This document shows, one piece after another, positions 21,044 to 31,395 of a stretch of 64,000 nt of DNA; position 1 is the stretch's first letter; every line of letters begins with the position of its first letter. The notes beneath the pieces were generated by a model. The model saw only the letters and a list, made by a program, of their open reading frames with translations. It had not been told where the DNA came from and searched no databases. The stretch is from a bacterium (lineage in GTDB: Bacteria; JAHJDO01), in contig JBDRTG010000047.1 of assembly GCA_043824255.1 (NCBI GenBank), positions 64,001 through 128,000 on the forward strand. The letters are read 5' to 3'. Made by a program: the position numbers and the translations under genes.

Positions 21044-23563
21044 CTATGCTTCAAGCCTTTGCTTCTTTTTCTTCTTAACTTGCTTGCCAGTTTTAGGTTT
21101 CTTTGATGTCTTTTTTTCTTTTACTTCATTTTCCTCTTCCTCAACAGCAACCTTTGCAATACTTACTACACGGTCTCCTTTGTCAAGACGGATCAGCTTA
21201 GTACCTTTTGTATTGCGCTTGATAACCCTTATTTCTTTAACAGGCTGGCGTATTATTACACCCTTAGCTGTAATAACTATTAATTCATCAGCATCTGCAA
21301 CTGTTCTTAATCCTTCAACCAGTCCATTTCTTGAATCAGTCTGGATACTAATAACTCCGATACCCCCGCGTCCCTGGGACCTGTACTCTGAGAAGCGCGT
21401 GCGTTTTCCATATCCATTAGCTGTAACAACAACAACTGTTGACTCATCCTCAACAACTTCCATTCCAATGATAATATCTCCTTTCTTCAATCTTATGCCC
21501 CGAACACCCCTTGAGACCCTTCCAACAGTTCTTACCGCTTTTTCCGAAAACCTAATTGCTTTACCATCTCTTGTTGCCAAGAGAACATCCTTTTCTCCAT
21601 CAGTGAGACTTACTGAAATCAACCTGTCTCCTTCATCCAGTCTTATACCTTTTATTCCGCCTGCTCTTGGATGGCTATAGGCAATGAGATTAGTCTTCTT
21701 CGCAATACCCCTCTCTGTTGCCATTATCAGATTATGTTTATCATCAAACTCTCTAACTCTGATAAAAGCTGTAACTTTCTCATCAGGAGCAATGCGCAAA
21801 AGATTAACAATAGCCTTGCCTCTTGAGAGCCTGCCTGCCTGCGGTATTTGGTAAACCTTTACCCAGTGAACTTGTCCTTTGTCTGTAAAAAAGAGTATAT
21901 AGTCGTGTGTGGATGCTACAAATACATATTCTATGAAATCCTCTTCCCTTGTCCCTGCTCCCATAACACCCCTGCCGCCTCTATGCTGTTTTCTGTATGT
22001 TGTTAAAGGCAGCCTTTTTATATATCCAACGTGGCTTATTGTTATAACCATGTCTTCTTCTGCTATCAAGTCTTCCATGCCAAGTTCTGTTGTTTGTTCA
22101 ACAATCCGGGTTCTCCTTGGATTTGCATACTTTCCCTTAATTTCAAGCATTTCTTTTTTGATTATATCCATAATTTTCTTATCACTTGCTAGAATCTCTT
22201 CAAGTTGATTTATTAACTTTATTGTATCCAGATACTCCTGCTGGATCTTGTCTCTTTCCAATCCTGTTAATCGCTGCAGACGCATATCAAGTATAGCTCG
22301 TACCTGCAGGTCAGAAAGCTTGAACTCTTGCATTAAGCTCTCACGCGCTGAATCCGCATCTTTGGAGGATTTTATTATTTTTATAACCTTATCAAGATGT
22401 TCAATTGCAACCTTTAATCCCTCCAGAATATGTGCCTTAGCTTTTGCTTTTTTTAAATCAAATTGCGTTCTTCTACGCACAACTTCCTGTCTATGCTGAA
22501 GAAACTTATCTAACATCTCTCGTAGATTAAAAATCCTAGGTCTGTTTTTATCTATAGCAAGAAGTATAGCGCCGTATGTGGTCTGCATCTGAGTATGTTT
22601 ATAAAGCTGATTAATTATTATCTGTGCAATTTCTCCCCTCTTTAATTCAACAACAACCCTTAATCCATCTTTATCGGATTCATCTCTCAGGTCGGCTATT
22701 CCTTCTATCTTGTGATCTCTCACAAGATTCGCTATTGTTGTAATTAGATTTGCTTTATTCACCTGATATGGGATTTCTGTTATAATTATTTGCTCCCTGT
22801 CAGTTTCTTTCATATTCTCGATTTCTGCTTTTGCACGAACCTGAATTAGTCCTCTTCCCGTATGATAGGCATCTCTGATAGCTTTCTTCCCATATATAGT
22901 GGCACCTGTTGGGAAGTCAGGGCCTTTAATGGTATGCATCAGTTCATCAATTGTGATATCTGGATTATCAATTATGCTTACGACTCCGTCTATAACCTCT
23001 CCAAGGTTATGTGGAGGGATGTCTGTAGCCATGCCAACAGCAATCCCTTGTGAACCATTCACCAGCAAGTTTGGCACACTGGCAGGAAGCACCACAGGTT
23101 CCTGAAGGGATTCATCAAAATTCGGCGCAAAATCCACTGTTTCTTTTTCAATATCTATAAGAAGCTCCTCGCTTATTCGGGACATCCTCACTTCTGTATA
23201 TCTCATAGCTGCCGCTGAATCACCATCTATAGAGCCAAAATTGCCCTGTCCATCTATTAATGGTTCTCTGGATGAGAAATCCTGCACCATTCTGGTTATT
23301 GTGTCATACACAGCTGTGTCACCGTGCGGATGGTATTTCCCTAGAACCTCACCAACAATTCTGGCGGACTTTTTATAGGATTTATTACTTGAAATACCCA
23401 GATCATGCATCGCGTATAGAATTCTTCTATGAACAGGTTTCAGTCCATCCCTGATATCAGGTAAAGCGCGGCCAATAATGACACTCATAGCATAGTCTAT
23501 ATAAGACCGGCTCATTTCATCTTCTATGTGTACCAGTTCTACCTTTCCTTCTGTTGTATCCAT
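21044..23563 (-). CDS. gyrA: DNA gyrase subunit A
   Basis: [15 protein letters not shown], GyrA-box QHRGGRG, beta-pinwheel repeats. Confidence 0.97.
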   Translation of the reverse strand: MDTTEGKVELVHIEDEMSRSYIDYAMSVIIGRALPDIRDGLKPVHRRILYAMHDLGISSNKSYKKSARIVGEVLGKYHPHGDTAVYDTITRMVQDFSSREPLIDGQGNFGSIDGDSAAAMRYTEVRMSRISEELLIDIEKETVDFAPNFDESLQEPVVLPASVPNLLVNGSQGIAVGMATDIPPHNLGEVIDGVVSIIDNPDITIDELMHTIKGPDFPTGATIYGKKAIRDAYHTGRGLIQVRAKAEIENMKETDREQIIITEIPYQVNKANLITTIANLVRDHKIEGIADLRDESDKDGLRVVVELKRGEIAQIIINQLYKHTQMQTTYGAILLAIDKNRPRIFNLREMLDKFLQHRQEVVRRRTQFDLKKAKAKAHILEGLKVAIEHLDKVIKIIKSSKDADSARESLMQEFKLSDLQVRAILDMRLQRLTGLERDKIQQEYLDTIKLINQLEEILASDKKIMDIIKKEMLEIKGKYANPRRTRIVEQTTELGMEDLIAEEDMVITISHVGYIKRLPLTTYRKQHRGGRGVMGAGTREEDFIEYVFVASTHDYILFFTDKGQVHWVKVYQIPQAGRLSRGKAIVNLLRIAPDEKVTAFIRVREFDDKHNLIMATERGIAKKTNLIAYSHPRAGGIKGIRLDEGDRLISVSLTDGEKDVLLATRDGKAIRFSEKAVRTVGRVSRGVRGIRLKKGDIIIGMEVVEDESTVVVVTANGYGKRTRFSEYRSQGRGGIGVISIQTDSRNGLVEGLRTVADADELIVITAKGVIIRQPVKEIRVIKRNTKGTKLIRLDKGDRVVSIAKVAVEEEENEVKEKKTSKKPKTGKQVKKKKKQRLEA

Positions 23564-23731
23564 TGTTTCTCCTCTAGTTCAATATCCAAGCCTAGAGTAT
23601 AACATGTTTAGTCGCCCTACTCCAAATAAAAAAATTTGTCAAAGTGGAACTTGACAAGACTAAAGAAAAGTATAATATTTATGCAGTTAGACTAGGTTCT
23701 TTTGCATAGTTAAATTATAGGAGAAGAAAAA

Positions 23732-25024
23732 ATGAATGTATTATTTATTATACCCGACGCTTTCAGAGCTGATAATTTACATTGTTACGGTTACCCGAAG
23801 GAAACAAGCCCTTTTCTTGACAAGCTGGCAAGCGAAGGAGTGCTTTTTAAGAATACAATGAGCACCTCCTCGCATACTTTGCCCGGTCTGACATCTTTGT
23901 TCACAGGATTAACTCCTTTTACTCATGGACTTGATGGGCCGACAACATGGGAGAGATGGGGGGAGCTATGGAAACCATGGAAGACGCCTTTTAATATTCT
24001 TGGAGAAAAAGGATATGAAATAGCCGGATACAATGCGCATTTATACAGAAGGTTCGGATACGATAAGGAAATAAAAGACCTGAATAAAACCATTGAGGAG
24101 CATAAAAACAAGAAGTTTTTTCTGTGGTATGCTCCTTATTATACTCATCTTCCATATAATCCAAAGCCACCTTATGACACTATGTTTATGCCAAGTGGTT
24201 ATCAGATAAGCGAATCCACGAAACAAAAGCTTGAAATTGTAAAGTCAACAATGATTATACATAAACCCGGTCTTTTAAGCAGGCATGAACAAGAACAATC
24301 AGTTTCGGAAAAGGACAAAACAGATCATGAGAGAAGCGCAGGAGTGTTAACTCTCTCAGAAGAGGATGTACCTGCTATTATGGCTTTATATGATGGGGAA
24401 ATAAGATCTCAGGATGAGGAAATAGAGGGTTATGTGAAGAAACTGGAGGATTTGAATCTTCTGGATGATACAATAGTTGTTATAACCTCGGATCATGGGG
24501 AAGAAATAGGTGAGAGAGGCTCTGTAGGACATGCGTCCTGTTCGCTTACTGGTACTCTATATGATGAAGTTGTAAGAGTTCCTCTAATAATAAGATATCC
24601 TAAAGCACTTCCAAAAGGGAAGGTGATTGACAGCCAGGTTTCTTTGATTGATGTCATGCCGACACTGTTTGATATTATGGGATTTGAGATGCCCAAAGAG
24701 ACAGAAGGACATTCACTTATGCCTTTTATAAAAGGGGAACAGGTGGACTTTAATGAAGAGGCATATCTGGAAACACGGCCATGTGGCTGGCAGATTCTGA
24801 AAAGCGATGAAAGAAAAGTATATGCTATAAGAACGCCTGAGTGGAAGTTTATATATAATAGCGATCCAAATAATAAAGATAAATGCAGCTATGAATTGTA
24901 TAATTTGAAGGATGATCCTGGCGAAAAGCGCAACCTAGTCAGCGAGGCAACAGACACAGCAGACCAGTTTAAGAAAAAACTGCATAACCTGATGGATAAG
25001 CCATCGTTTCTTTTAAATAAATAA
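23732..25024 (+). CDS. Sulfatase-like (alkaline phosphatase superfamily) hydrolase with Thr at the nucleophile position
   Basis: DAFRAD, HTLPGLTSLFTG, THLPY, YDGEI, TSDHGE, ELYNLKDDPGE. Confidence 0.85.
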   Translation: MNVLFIIPDAFRADNLHCYGYPKETSPFLDKLASEGVLFKNTMSTSSHTLPGLTSLFTGLTPFTHGLDGPTTWERWGELWKPWKTPFNILGEKGYEIAGYNAHLYRRFGYDKEIKDLNKTIEEHKNKKFFLWYAPYYTHLPYNPKPPYDTMFMPSGYQISESTKQKLEIVKSTMIIHKPGLLSRHEQEQSVSEKDKTDHERSAGVLTLSEEDVPAIMALYDGEIRSQDEEIEGYVKKLEDLNLLDDTIVVITSDHGEEIGERGSVGHASCSLTGTLYDEVVRVPLIIRYPKALPKGKVIDSQVSLIDVMPTLFDIMGFEMPKETEGHSLMPFIKGEQVDFNEEAYLETRPCGWQILKSDERKVYAIRTPEWKFIYNSDPNNKDKCSYELYNLKDDPGEKRNLVSEATDTADQFKKKLHNLMDKPSFLLNK

Positions 25025-25049
25025 ATAATATAACATAGAGAGGGATGCC

Positions 25050-25421
25050 ATGGGCAAGGAAAAGAAAAAGAAAGATATAAAATTCAATATCAAAAAGGAA
25101 GATAAAGATTGGAAGGAAAAGGTAGTAGAGGATAAAAAGAAAGAAGAATTTAAGATGCCTCCGTTAGAAGTAAATTTTATGATGTTTATAACCAGTCTCA
25201 GCATGCAGGCAATGATGAGTCTGGGGCTCTATCCAAATCCCGTTACAAAGAAAGAAGAAAAGAATTTAGATGCAGCTAAGTACACAATAGACACTATAGC
25301 AATGATCCAAGAAAAGACAAAAGGTAATCTTACCAGTGAGGAATCCAGATTAATGGACAATATTCTATACGATTTACGAATGAAGTATATAGAGTCAAGT
25401 AAAGAACCTGTCAAAACATGA
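25050..25421 (+). CDS. DUF1844 family protein
   Basis: FITSL-x2-QAMMSLG-x2-PNP, AKYTID, KTKGNLTSEE, LYDLRMKY. Confidence 0.8.
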   Translation: MGKEKKKKDIKFNIKKEDKDWKEKVVEDKKKEEFKMPPLEVNFMMFITSLSMQAMMSLGLYPNPVTKKEEKNLDAAKYTIDTIAMIQEKTKGNLTSEESRLMDNILYDLRMKYIESSKEPVKT

Positions 25422-25431
25422 TTGTATCTTA

Positions 25432-27519
25432 ATGCTTAAACTGGATACTTCTATCCAATATATGAAAGGCGTTGGTCCGAAAAGAGTTGCGCTTTTTGAA
25501 CATCTTGGTATCCAAACAGTCAAAGACCTTCTTTATTATATCCCGCGGAGATATGAAGATAGGCGTAATTTTTCTCCTATTGCAAAGCTCGGTATTGGAG
25601 CGCAACACACAGTTAGTGGAAAAGTTCTGACAAGCGGAGTTCAGAAATTAAAGAAAAAACTAAGTATACTCAAGGTAGCCATTGATGATGGCACAGGCAT
25701 AATATACGCTGTATGGTTTAATCAGCCGTTTTTAGAAGAACAGTTCAAGATAGGTATAGAGGTTGTTGTAAGCGGTAAGGTTCAGCTATATGGCAGAGAA
25801 TTACAAATATCCAGCCAGTCCTATGAAATTTTACGTTCCAAAGACAAAGAGAGCGAAACAGAAGAACTAATTCATACAGGAAGAATTGTCCCTTTTTATC
25901 CTTTAACGCAAAACATATCGCAACGGAGAATAAGGAGAATGATTAAAAATGCTCTGGATAACTGCCTGGATCAGATAAATGATATGCTTCCGCAGGACGT
26001 TAAAGCTAGACACAAGCTGATAGATACCAGGCGCTCTCTTTTAAACATCCATTTCCCTAAGACGTGGAAGGATAAGGACTTGGCTTATAGAAGAATTGTT
26101 TTTGATGAATTTCTGTTGTTGCAATTAGGAATTCTTTTAAAAAGGGCCTCTATTTCAGAGCCTCAGCTTGGTATAAAACATCAAAATAAAGGAAGGCTGC
26201 TGGAGCAATTTCTCAAGACCTTGTCATTCAAGCTGACTGATGCGCAGCATAGAGTTATAGATGAAATAAATCGGGATATGACATCTGAAAAACAAATGAA
26301 CAGACTAATCCAAGGCGAAGTTGGATCAGGAAAAACTATTGTTGCAATTACTGCGTTGCTGATTAGTATTGAAAATGGTTATCAAGGAGCCATAATGGTG
26401 CCGACAGAAATACTGGCAGAACAACATTACATTTATATGGCAGAGGCGTTGGCTCCAATCGGTATAAAAATTGATTTACTGATTGGCAGCACCACTCAGA
26501 AATCATGTACGGAGATTACAGAAAATATACGCAATGGAATTACTGATATTATTATTGGAACACATACATTGGTTCAAGAGAACATTGAATTCAAAAGGCT
26601 TGGACTTGTAGTAATTGATGAACAACATCGTTTTGGTGTGCTGCAGCGTAACATGTTAAGAAAGAAGGGACTTAATCCTGATGTTCTGGTGATGACTGCT
26701 ACACCTATACCCAGAACTCTTGCACTTACTGTATATGGAGATTTGGATATTTCTACAATCAGGGAACTTCCTCCTGGAAGAGGCTCTGTGTCAACATATT
26801 GGGTATCAAAGTCACAGCTCCAAGGAGTGTATGCGTTTATTGAGGAAGAGATAAAAAGAGGGCGGCAGACATATGTTGTCTCTCCGCTAATCGAGGAGTC
26901 GCATATAATAGAGGCTGTTGCGGCTACTCAGCTCTTTGAACATTTTAAGAAGGAAATATTTCCGAATCTAAGAATAGAGCTTTTGCATGGGCAAATGAAA
27001 AGCGAAGATAAAGAAAAGGTAATGCAGGAGTTTCGCGAAAACAAGATTAATATACTGGTGTCTACAACGGTTATTGAAGTTGGTATAGATATTCCTAATG
27101 CCACTATAATGTTGATAGAGAATGCTGAGCGATTTGGCCTGTCACAACTTCATCAGCTTAGGGGCAGAATTGGCAGAGGCAAAGATCAATCATATTGTAT
27201 ATTACATGGTATGCCAAGAACTCCTGAAGCGCAGAAGCGCTTGACAGTTATGACGCAAACACAGGATGGTTTTAGAATTGCGCAGGAGGATTTGGAACTT
27301 AGAGGTCCTGGAGAATTTTTTGGAACAAAACAACATGGTCTGCCTGAATTAAAAATCGGCAATATAATTTTAGATCTAGATATAATGGAGATTGCCAGAG
27401 GAGAGGCAGTAAATATAATTAAGTCTGATCCTGAACTCTCAGCCAAGGAGAATTATCTTATTAAGAGAAATTTTCTGCAGAGCTTCAAACACAGGATTGA
27501 TTTAGTAAAGGTGGGATAG
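25432..27519 (+). CDS. recG: ATP-dependent DNA helicase RecG
   Basis: GEVGSGKT, DEQHRFG, TATPIPRT, QLRGRIGRG, DLELRGPGE. Confidence 0.97.
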   Translation: MLKLDTSIQYMKGVGPKRVALFEHLGIQTVKDLLYYIPRRYEDRRNFSPIAKLGIGAQHTVSGKVLTSGVQKLKKKLSILKVAIDDGTGIIYAVWFNQPFLEEQFKIGIEVVVSGKVQLYGRELQISSQSYEILRSKDKESETEELIHTGRIVPFYPLTQNISQRRIRRMIKNALDNCLDQINDMLPQDVKARHKLIDTRRSLLNIHFPKTWKDKDLAYRRIVFDEFLLLQLGILLKRASISEPQLGIKHQNKGRLLEQFLKTLSFKLTDAQHRVIDEINRDMTSEKQMNRLIQGEVGSGKTIVAITALLISIENGYQGAIMVPTEILAEQHYIYMAEALAPIGIKIDLLIGSTTQKSCTEITENIRNGITDIIIGTHTLVQENIEFKRLGLVVIDEQHRFGVLQRNMLRKKGLNPDVLVMTATPIPRTLALTVYGDLDISTIRELPPGRGSVSTYWVSKSQLQGVYAFIEEEIKRGRQTYVVSPLIEESHIIEAVAATQLFEHFKKEIFPNLRIELLHGQMKSEDKEKVMQEFRENKINILVSTTVIEVGIDIPNATIMLIENAERFGLSQLHQLRGRIGRGKDQSYCILHGMPRTPEAQKRLTVMTQTQDGFRIAQEDLELRGPGEFFGTKQHGLPELKIGNIILDLDIMEIARGEAVNIIKSDPELSAKENYLIKRNFLQSFKHRIDLVKVG

Positions 27520-28085
27520 TGCGTGTAATTGCAGGAAATAACAGGGGGCTCATATTAGAAACAATACCTGACAGAAAAACACGTCCTACCTTAGGCAGAG
27601 TCAGAGAAGCTTTGTTTAGTATACTGGGTGATCAGGTTATTGATGCAGAAGTACTTGATCTTTTTGCTGGCTCAGGCAGTCTTGGAATAGAGGCGCTCAG
27701 CAGAGGAGCAAAGAACGTTGTGTTTATAGATAACAATCCAGAATGTGTACGCGTTATCCGTAAAAATTTGAATAAGTTTGGGTTGGACATCAAAGGTTCT
27801 GCATATGTGAGAGATGCATGCAGAACTATAAACTTTCTTGCCAATCAGAATAAGAAATTTGACATTGTTTTAATGGATCCTCCATATAATACAGAAGAGC
27901 TTGAAAAGATTATGAACAATACGCATCTTAAAGATATACTGAATAGCGGAGCTGTCTTAGTTATTGAACATTCCAAAAGAAACACACTGCCTTGCCCAAA
28001 TATTAAAGAATTATGCCATGTTAAATCAAGAAGATATGGGGATACAGTTTTGGCTATTTATGAATTCAAACTACTGACAAGATAG
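27519..28085 (+). CDS. rsmD: 16S rRNA m2G966 methyltransferase
   Basis: MRVIAG, TRPT, DLFAGSGSLGIEALSRGA, DPPY. Confidence 0.95.
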   Translation: MRVIAGNNRGLILETIPDRKTRPTLGRVREALFSILGDQVIDAEVLDLFAGSGSLGIEALSRGAKNVVFIDNNPECVRVIRKNLNKFGLDIKGSAYVRDACRTINFLANQNKKFDIVLMDPPYNTEELEKIMNNTHLKDILNSGAVLVIEHSKRNTLPCPNIKELCHVKSRRYGDTVLAIYEFKLLTR

Positions 28086-28099
28086 GTCATATGACCTAT
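28082..28099. repeat. Perfect 18-bp palindrome
   Basis: ATAGGTCAT|ATGACCTAT between convergent genes, overlapping the rsmD stop codon. Confidence 0.8.
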
Positions 28100-28131
28100 T
28101 TCATTGGTCATCATACAAATTTATTTCTAAC

Positions 28132-29577
28132 TCACTTCTCACACTTCCAGACAATATCGTAGTTGATATTTGCTTTTCTTTCAGCGTCAGTTTTTGCCTT
28201 GCCTATGAATCTTGGAATTCCTCCGTCATCTTTCATATTAGGTCCTAAGCTATAAAGTATAAATCCATGCTTTGCTCTTTTGTAGATTAGGTTCATATCT
28301 GTGAACGGATCAGAGGGAATTTTCTCCAAAATATCAGGAGTGAGTTTAGCTAATGAGTCTGGATATGTCCCATATTTCGCTTTATAAATCTTGAGAGCAA
28401 GCCCAGTTCTGCATACCTGAATTCGCGCTTCATGAAGTGACATCTGTTCTCTAACTCTAGTCAAGGCAGGAATAAGCATTCTTGTTAATACGCAGTATTT
28501 AGGAATGCCTGTTTTGAATCTAGATTCTATGTTATTCCCCGCAGTTATACTTTCAGAATACGGCATGTTGTAGAGTCCCTTTATGTCAGACATTAAACTC
28601 AAATAGCAGGCAAAATCTTTTTTGAGAAGCGGTCTAAAGGGAGGCGTTGCTGCTAGGCAAGCTAATTTGGGAAAGAATTCGTCGCTGCTTCCCAAAAAAA
28701 GTTGATATAAAGCTTTTAATTCTTTTATAGATATAGAATATTTTCTGTTAATCAGCTTATTGAATTCTATTCCTGCAAAAACTCTGTCTCCGTCCATGCT
28801 CTTTTTAAATGGCTCTGCTCCAATATGATTTTTTAGTTCAGTGATAAGACTTCTCATTCTTTTTTGAGAGATACTATATTTGCTTGATAACGACTCTATA
28901 CAGTTTATCATGATGCTATCACATGCTATTCTTACAAGCTGTGAGATTATAGTAGGTTCATCTTTCAGATGATTGGATATCCTCAATCCCGTGAGAATTG
29001 TATCAAAAGCTTTGTCTGGGTTTCCTGCGTCAGCTTCAATTAATGCTTTTACACATAACAGTCTTGCCAAAGCTCTCATTTTTGATAACTGAGGAAGACG
29101 CATGCCTGCTCCATCTTCATACTTCAAATTAAAATTGCATTCAGGTCTTTTGGAAGCTTGTTCAAGAAGAGCATAAATGTATTGCATATCAGAAGAATCA
29201 ACAAGTTTAGAGATTTCTTGTCTTTGCCTTTCTGTCCACTTTGAGATATCTGAATAAGACTTGACATCTTCAATAATTGTAATTGTTTTGTTAAGTTTAC
29301 CACCATCTTTATTTGGAATATAAGGCTTTCCTTCTTCAGATGTCATTAGCACAAATACTTTATTATAAAGCATGGCTGCATTCTCATTATCAGGCACTGG
29401 AGCAGGCCTAAACTCTGCAACTGTTATTGGCTCACCCTTTGCCTTTAGCTCTGCGAGTTTGGCGCGAAGCTCTCTACCCCACACAATGTTCAGAATAGTA
29501 TGAATAATAATACTCAGTATCAACAATCCGCCTATGACAATTCCTGTCCATTTCAGTATTTTTTTCAGCATTCTCAT
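28132..29577 (-). CDS. Membrane-anchored hypothetical protein with a GspG/pseudopilin-like C-terminal motif
   Basis: N-terminal TM helix, helical body, C-terminal LALKIYKAKYGTYPDSL...PSDPF...LYSLGPNMKDDGG. Confidence 0.6.
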   Translation of the reverse strand: MRMLKKILKWTGIVIGGLLILSIIIHTILNIVWGRELRAKLAELKAKGEPITVAEFRPAPVPDNENAAMLYNKVFVLMTSEEGKPYIPNKDGGKLNKTITIIEDVKSYSDISKWTERQRQEISKLVDSSDMQYIYALLEQASKRPECNFNLKYEDGAGMRLPQLSKMRALARLLCVKALIEADAGNPDKAFDTILTGLRISNHLKDEPTIISQLVRIACDSIMINCIESLSSKYSISQKRMRSLITELKNHIGAEPFKKSMDGDRVFAGIEFNKLINRKYSISIKELKALYQLFLGSSDEFFPKLACLAATPPFRPLLKKDFACYLSLMSDIKGLYNMPYSESITAGNNIESRFKTGIPKYCVLTRMLIPALTRVREQMSLHEARIQVCRTGLALKIYKAKYGTYPDSLAKLTPDILEKIPSDPFTDMNLIYKRAKHGFILYSLGPNMKDDGGIPRFIGKAKTDAERKANINYDIVWKCEK

Positions 29578-29608
29578 GACAATCCTCCTAGAAATTTGTC
29601 TAAAAAAA

Positions 29609-30226
29609 TTACAGATTTTTTATTCTATCACCTGCCTGCTGGGCATGTTTGGTATCAGGGAGTTTTGTAATTATATCATTTAATACAATAGCGGCTTTAT
29701 CTTTACTGTTCAGATTATTGAGATAGATATCAACTAACCTGTTCTTTACAAATACCCATGTATTACTATCCGTAATAAAATCCAATGCTTTATTATAGTA
29801 CTCAATAGCTAAATCGAAACTTTTAAGATTTTCGTGATATATCTGAGCAATCTCCAGCATCAGATCGTGATTTATAGGGTCATTATCAAGCTCTTTCTTA
29901 TATTCCTCCACTGCTCTGTCATAATATCCTTGAGCAGTTAACGCTTTTATACGGCTGCATTCCTTTATTACCTTACCTTTGTTTTTGGGAAAAATAAATC
30001 CAAAGAATTTGTCAGCCAGCCAGCCGGAGAAATCGGGAGCTAACAGGGCTCCAAGACACAGAGCCCAGAAAACCATTATGAGCAGATTGGCAATCGCGCC
30101 ACCAGCATCTCCTGATTGCTTTGCAATAATTAATAATTTAAGAGTTCTCTGCCCAAACCATAAAACAACAAGTACGGCGAGAACATGGATGGATTTTTTT
30201 AAGACGTCCTGATATTTTTCTCTCAC
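29609..30226 (-). CDS. Two-TM membrane protein with TPR repeats
   Basis: Two hydrophobic helices followed by TPR-like segments (AVEEYKK, IAQIY, AIEYYNKAL). Confidence 0.7.
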   Translation of the reverse strand: MREKYQDVLKKSIHVLAVLVVLWFGQRTLKLLIIAKQSGDAGGAIANLLIMVFWALCLGALLAPDFSGWLADKFFGFIFPKNKGKVIKECSRIKALTAQGYYDRAVEEYKKELDNDPINHDLMLEIAQIYHENLKSFDLAIEYYNKALDFITDSNTWVFVKNRLVDIYLNNLNSKDKAAIVLNDIITKLPDTKHAQQAGDRIKNL

Positions 30227-31269
30227 AGCTTTTTGAATTCGGACTGATTCTTGACTTTTGCAATAGCTGATTCGTAAGAAATAGCACCTCTCTGATACAA
30301 TTCCTTAATGGATTTATCCATGGTATGCATACCGAATTTGCCACCAGTTTGAAGTATTGTAGAAATCTGTTCTGTCTTTTGTTCTCTTATTATATTTCTC
30401 ACAGCAGGAGTTGCAACAAGAATTTCTGTTGCGACTATTCTTCCGGTTCTATCTGTCCTGGGAAAAAGCTGCTGAGAAACTATTCCCTGAATACTTCCTG
30501 CAAGCTGAATTCTGACCTGTTGCTGCTGGTGAGGAGGGAAAACATCTATAATCCTATCCACTGTTTGCTCAACATCCGGCGTGTGTAAGGTTGTTAAAAC
30601 CAAATGACCTGTCTCTGCGGCTGTTAGAGCTGTAGATATAGTTTCTAAATCACGCATCTCACCTACACATATTATATCCGGATCCTGGCGCAAAACATGC
30701 CTCAATGCGTTTGCAAAAGACTTGGTGTCAGAATGTACTTCGCGTTGTTTTATTATGCTTTTTTTATGGCTGTGAAGATACTCAATAGGATCCTCCACTG
30801 TAATAATCAAAGAAGCTCTTTCACTATTTATCAAATCAATCATTGCAGCAAGCGTTGTGGTTTTTCCAACGCCAGTTGGCCCGGTAATCAAAACCAGCCC
30901 GTTTGGTTTGCGTGAAAGCTCTGTAACAATAGAAGGCATCTCAAGGTCTTTGAGTGTTCTAATATTTAATGATATACTTCTAAAGGCTGCTTCAACATTC
31001 CCTTTTTCAAGATGAACATTTACCCTGAAACGGCCTAAGTCAGGTATGGCAAAAGAAAAATCAAGTTCCCAGTTTTCCTCAAATTCAACCTTCTGCTCAT
31101 CTGTTAGTATATTATATATCATGTTCTTAGTGTCATCCCCGCTTAAAGGACTGTAGTCCGTAGAAACAAGTTTGCCGTCTGTACGCAAGATAGGAGGAGC
31201 GCCTTCTGTTATGTGTAAATCTGATGCTCCTTTATCCATTGTCAATTTCAATAAATCTTGAATATCCAT
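30223..31269 (-). CDS. pilT: Type IV pilus retraction ATPase PilT
   Basis: ASDLHI, GPTGVGKTTT, EDPIE, LRQDPD, AAETGH, AVRNIIRE (AIRNLIRE motif). Start placed at MDIQD. Confidence 0.92.
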   Translation of the reverse strand: MDIQDLLKLTMDKGASDLHITEGAPPILRTDGKLVSTDYSPLSGDDTKNMIYNILTDEQKVEFEENWELDFSFAIPDLGRFRVNVHLEKGNVEAAFRSISLNIRTLKDLEMPSIVTELSRKPNGLVLITGPTGVGKTTTLAAMIDLINSERASLIITVEDPIEYLHSHKKSIIKQREVHSDTKSFANALRHVLRQDPDIICVGEMRDLETISTALTAAETGHLVLTTLHTPDVEQTVDRIIDVFPPHQQQQVRIQLAGSIQGIVSQQLFPRTDRTGRIVATEILVATPAVRNIIREQKTEQISTILQTGGKFGMHTMDKSIKELYQRGAISYESAIAKVKNQSEFKKL

Positions 31270-31318
31270 AGTAACCTCCAATTATTAATTATTAATTTTC
31301 AATTTCCTTTTCCCTCTA

Positions 31319-31395
31319 ACTCATCCCCTGCCCCTTCTCTTTCAAGAGAAGGGAAAGCATATTCCCTCTCTTCTCAAGAGAGGGCTAGGGTGAGT
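31319..31395. repeat. REP/MITE-like element with an outer stem and two hairpins
   Basis: ACTCATCCC...GGGTGAGT outer stem; CCCTTCTCT-TTCA-AGAGAAGGG (31332-31353); CCCTCTCTT-CTC-AAGAGAGGG (31364-31384). Confidence 0.7.

Noticed and set aside
21044..23563. Topoisomerase IV ParC
   Set aside because: An intact GyrA-box (QHRGGRG) and a full C-terminal domain indicate gyrase.
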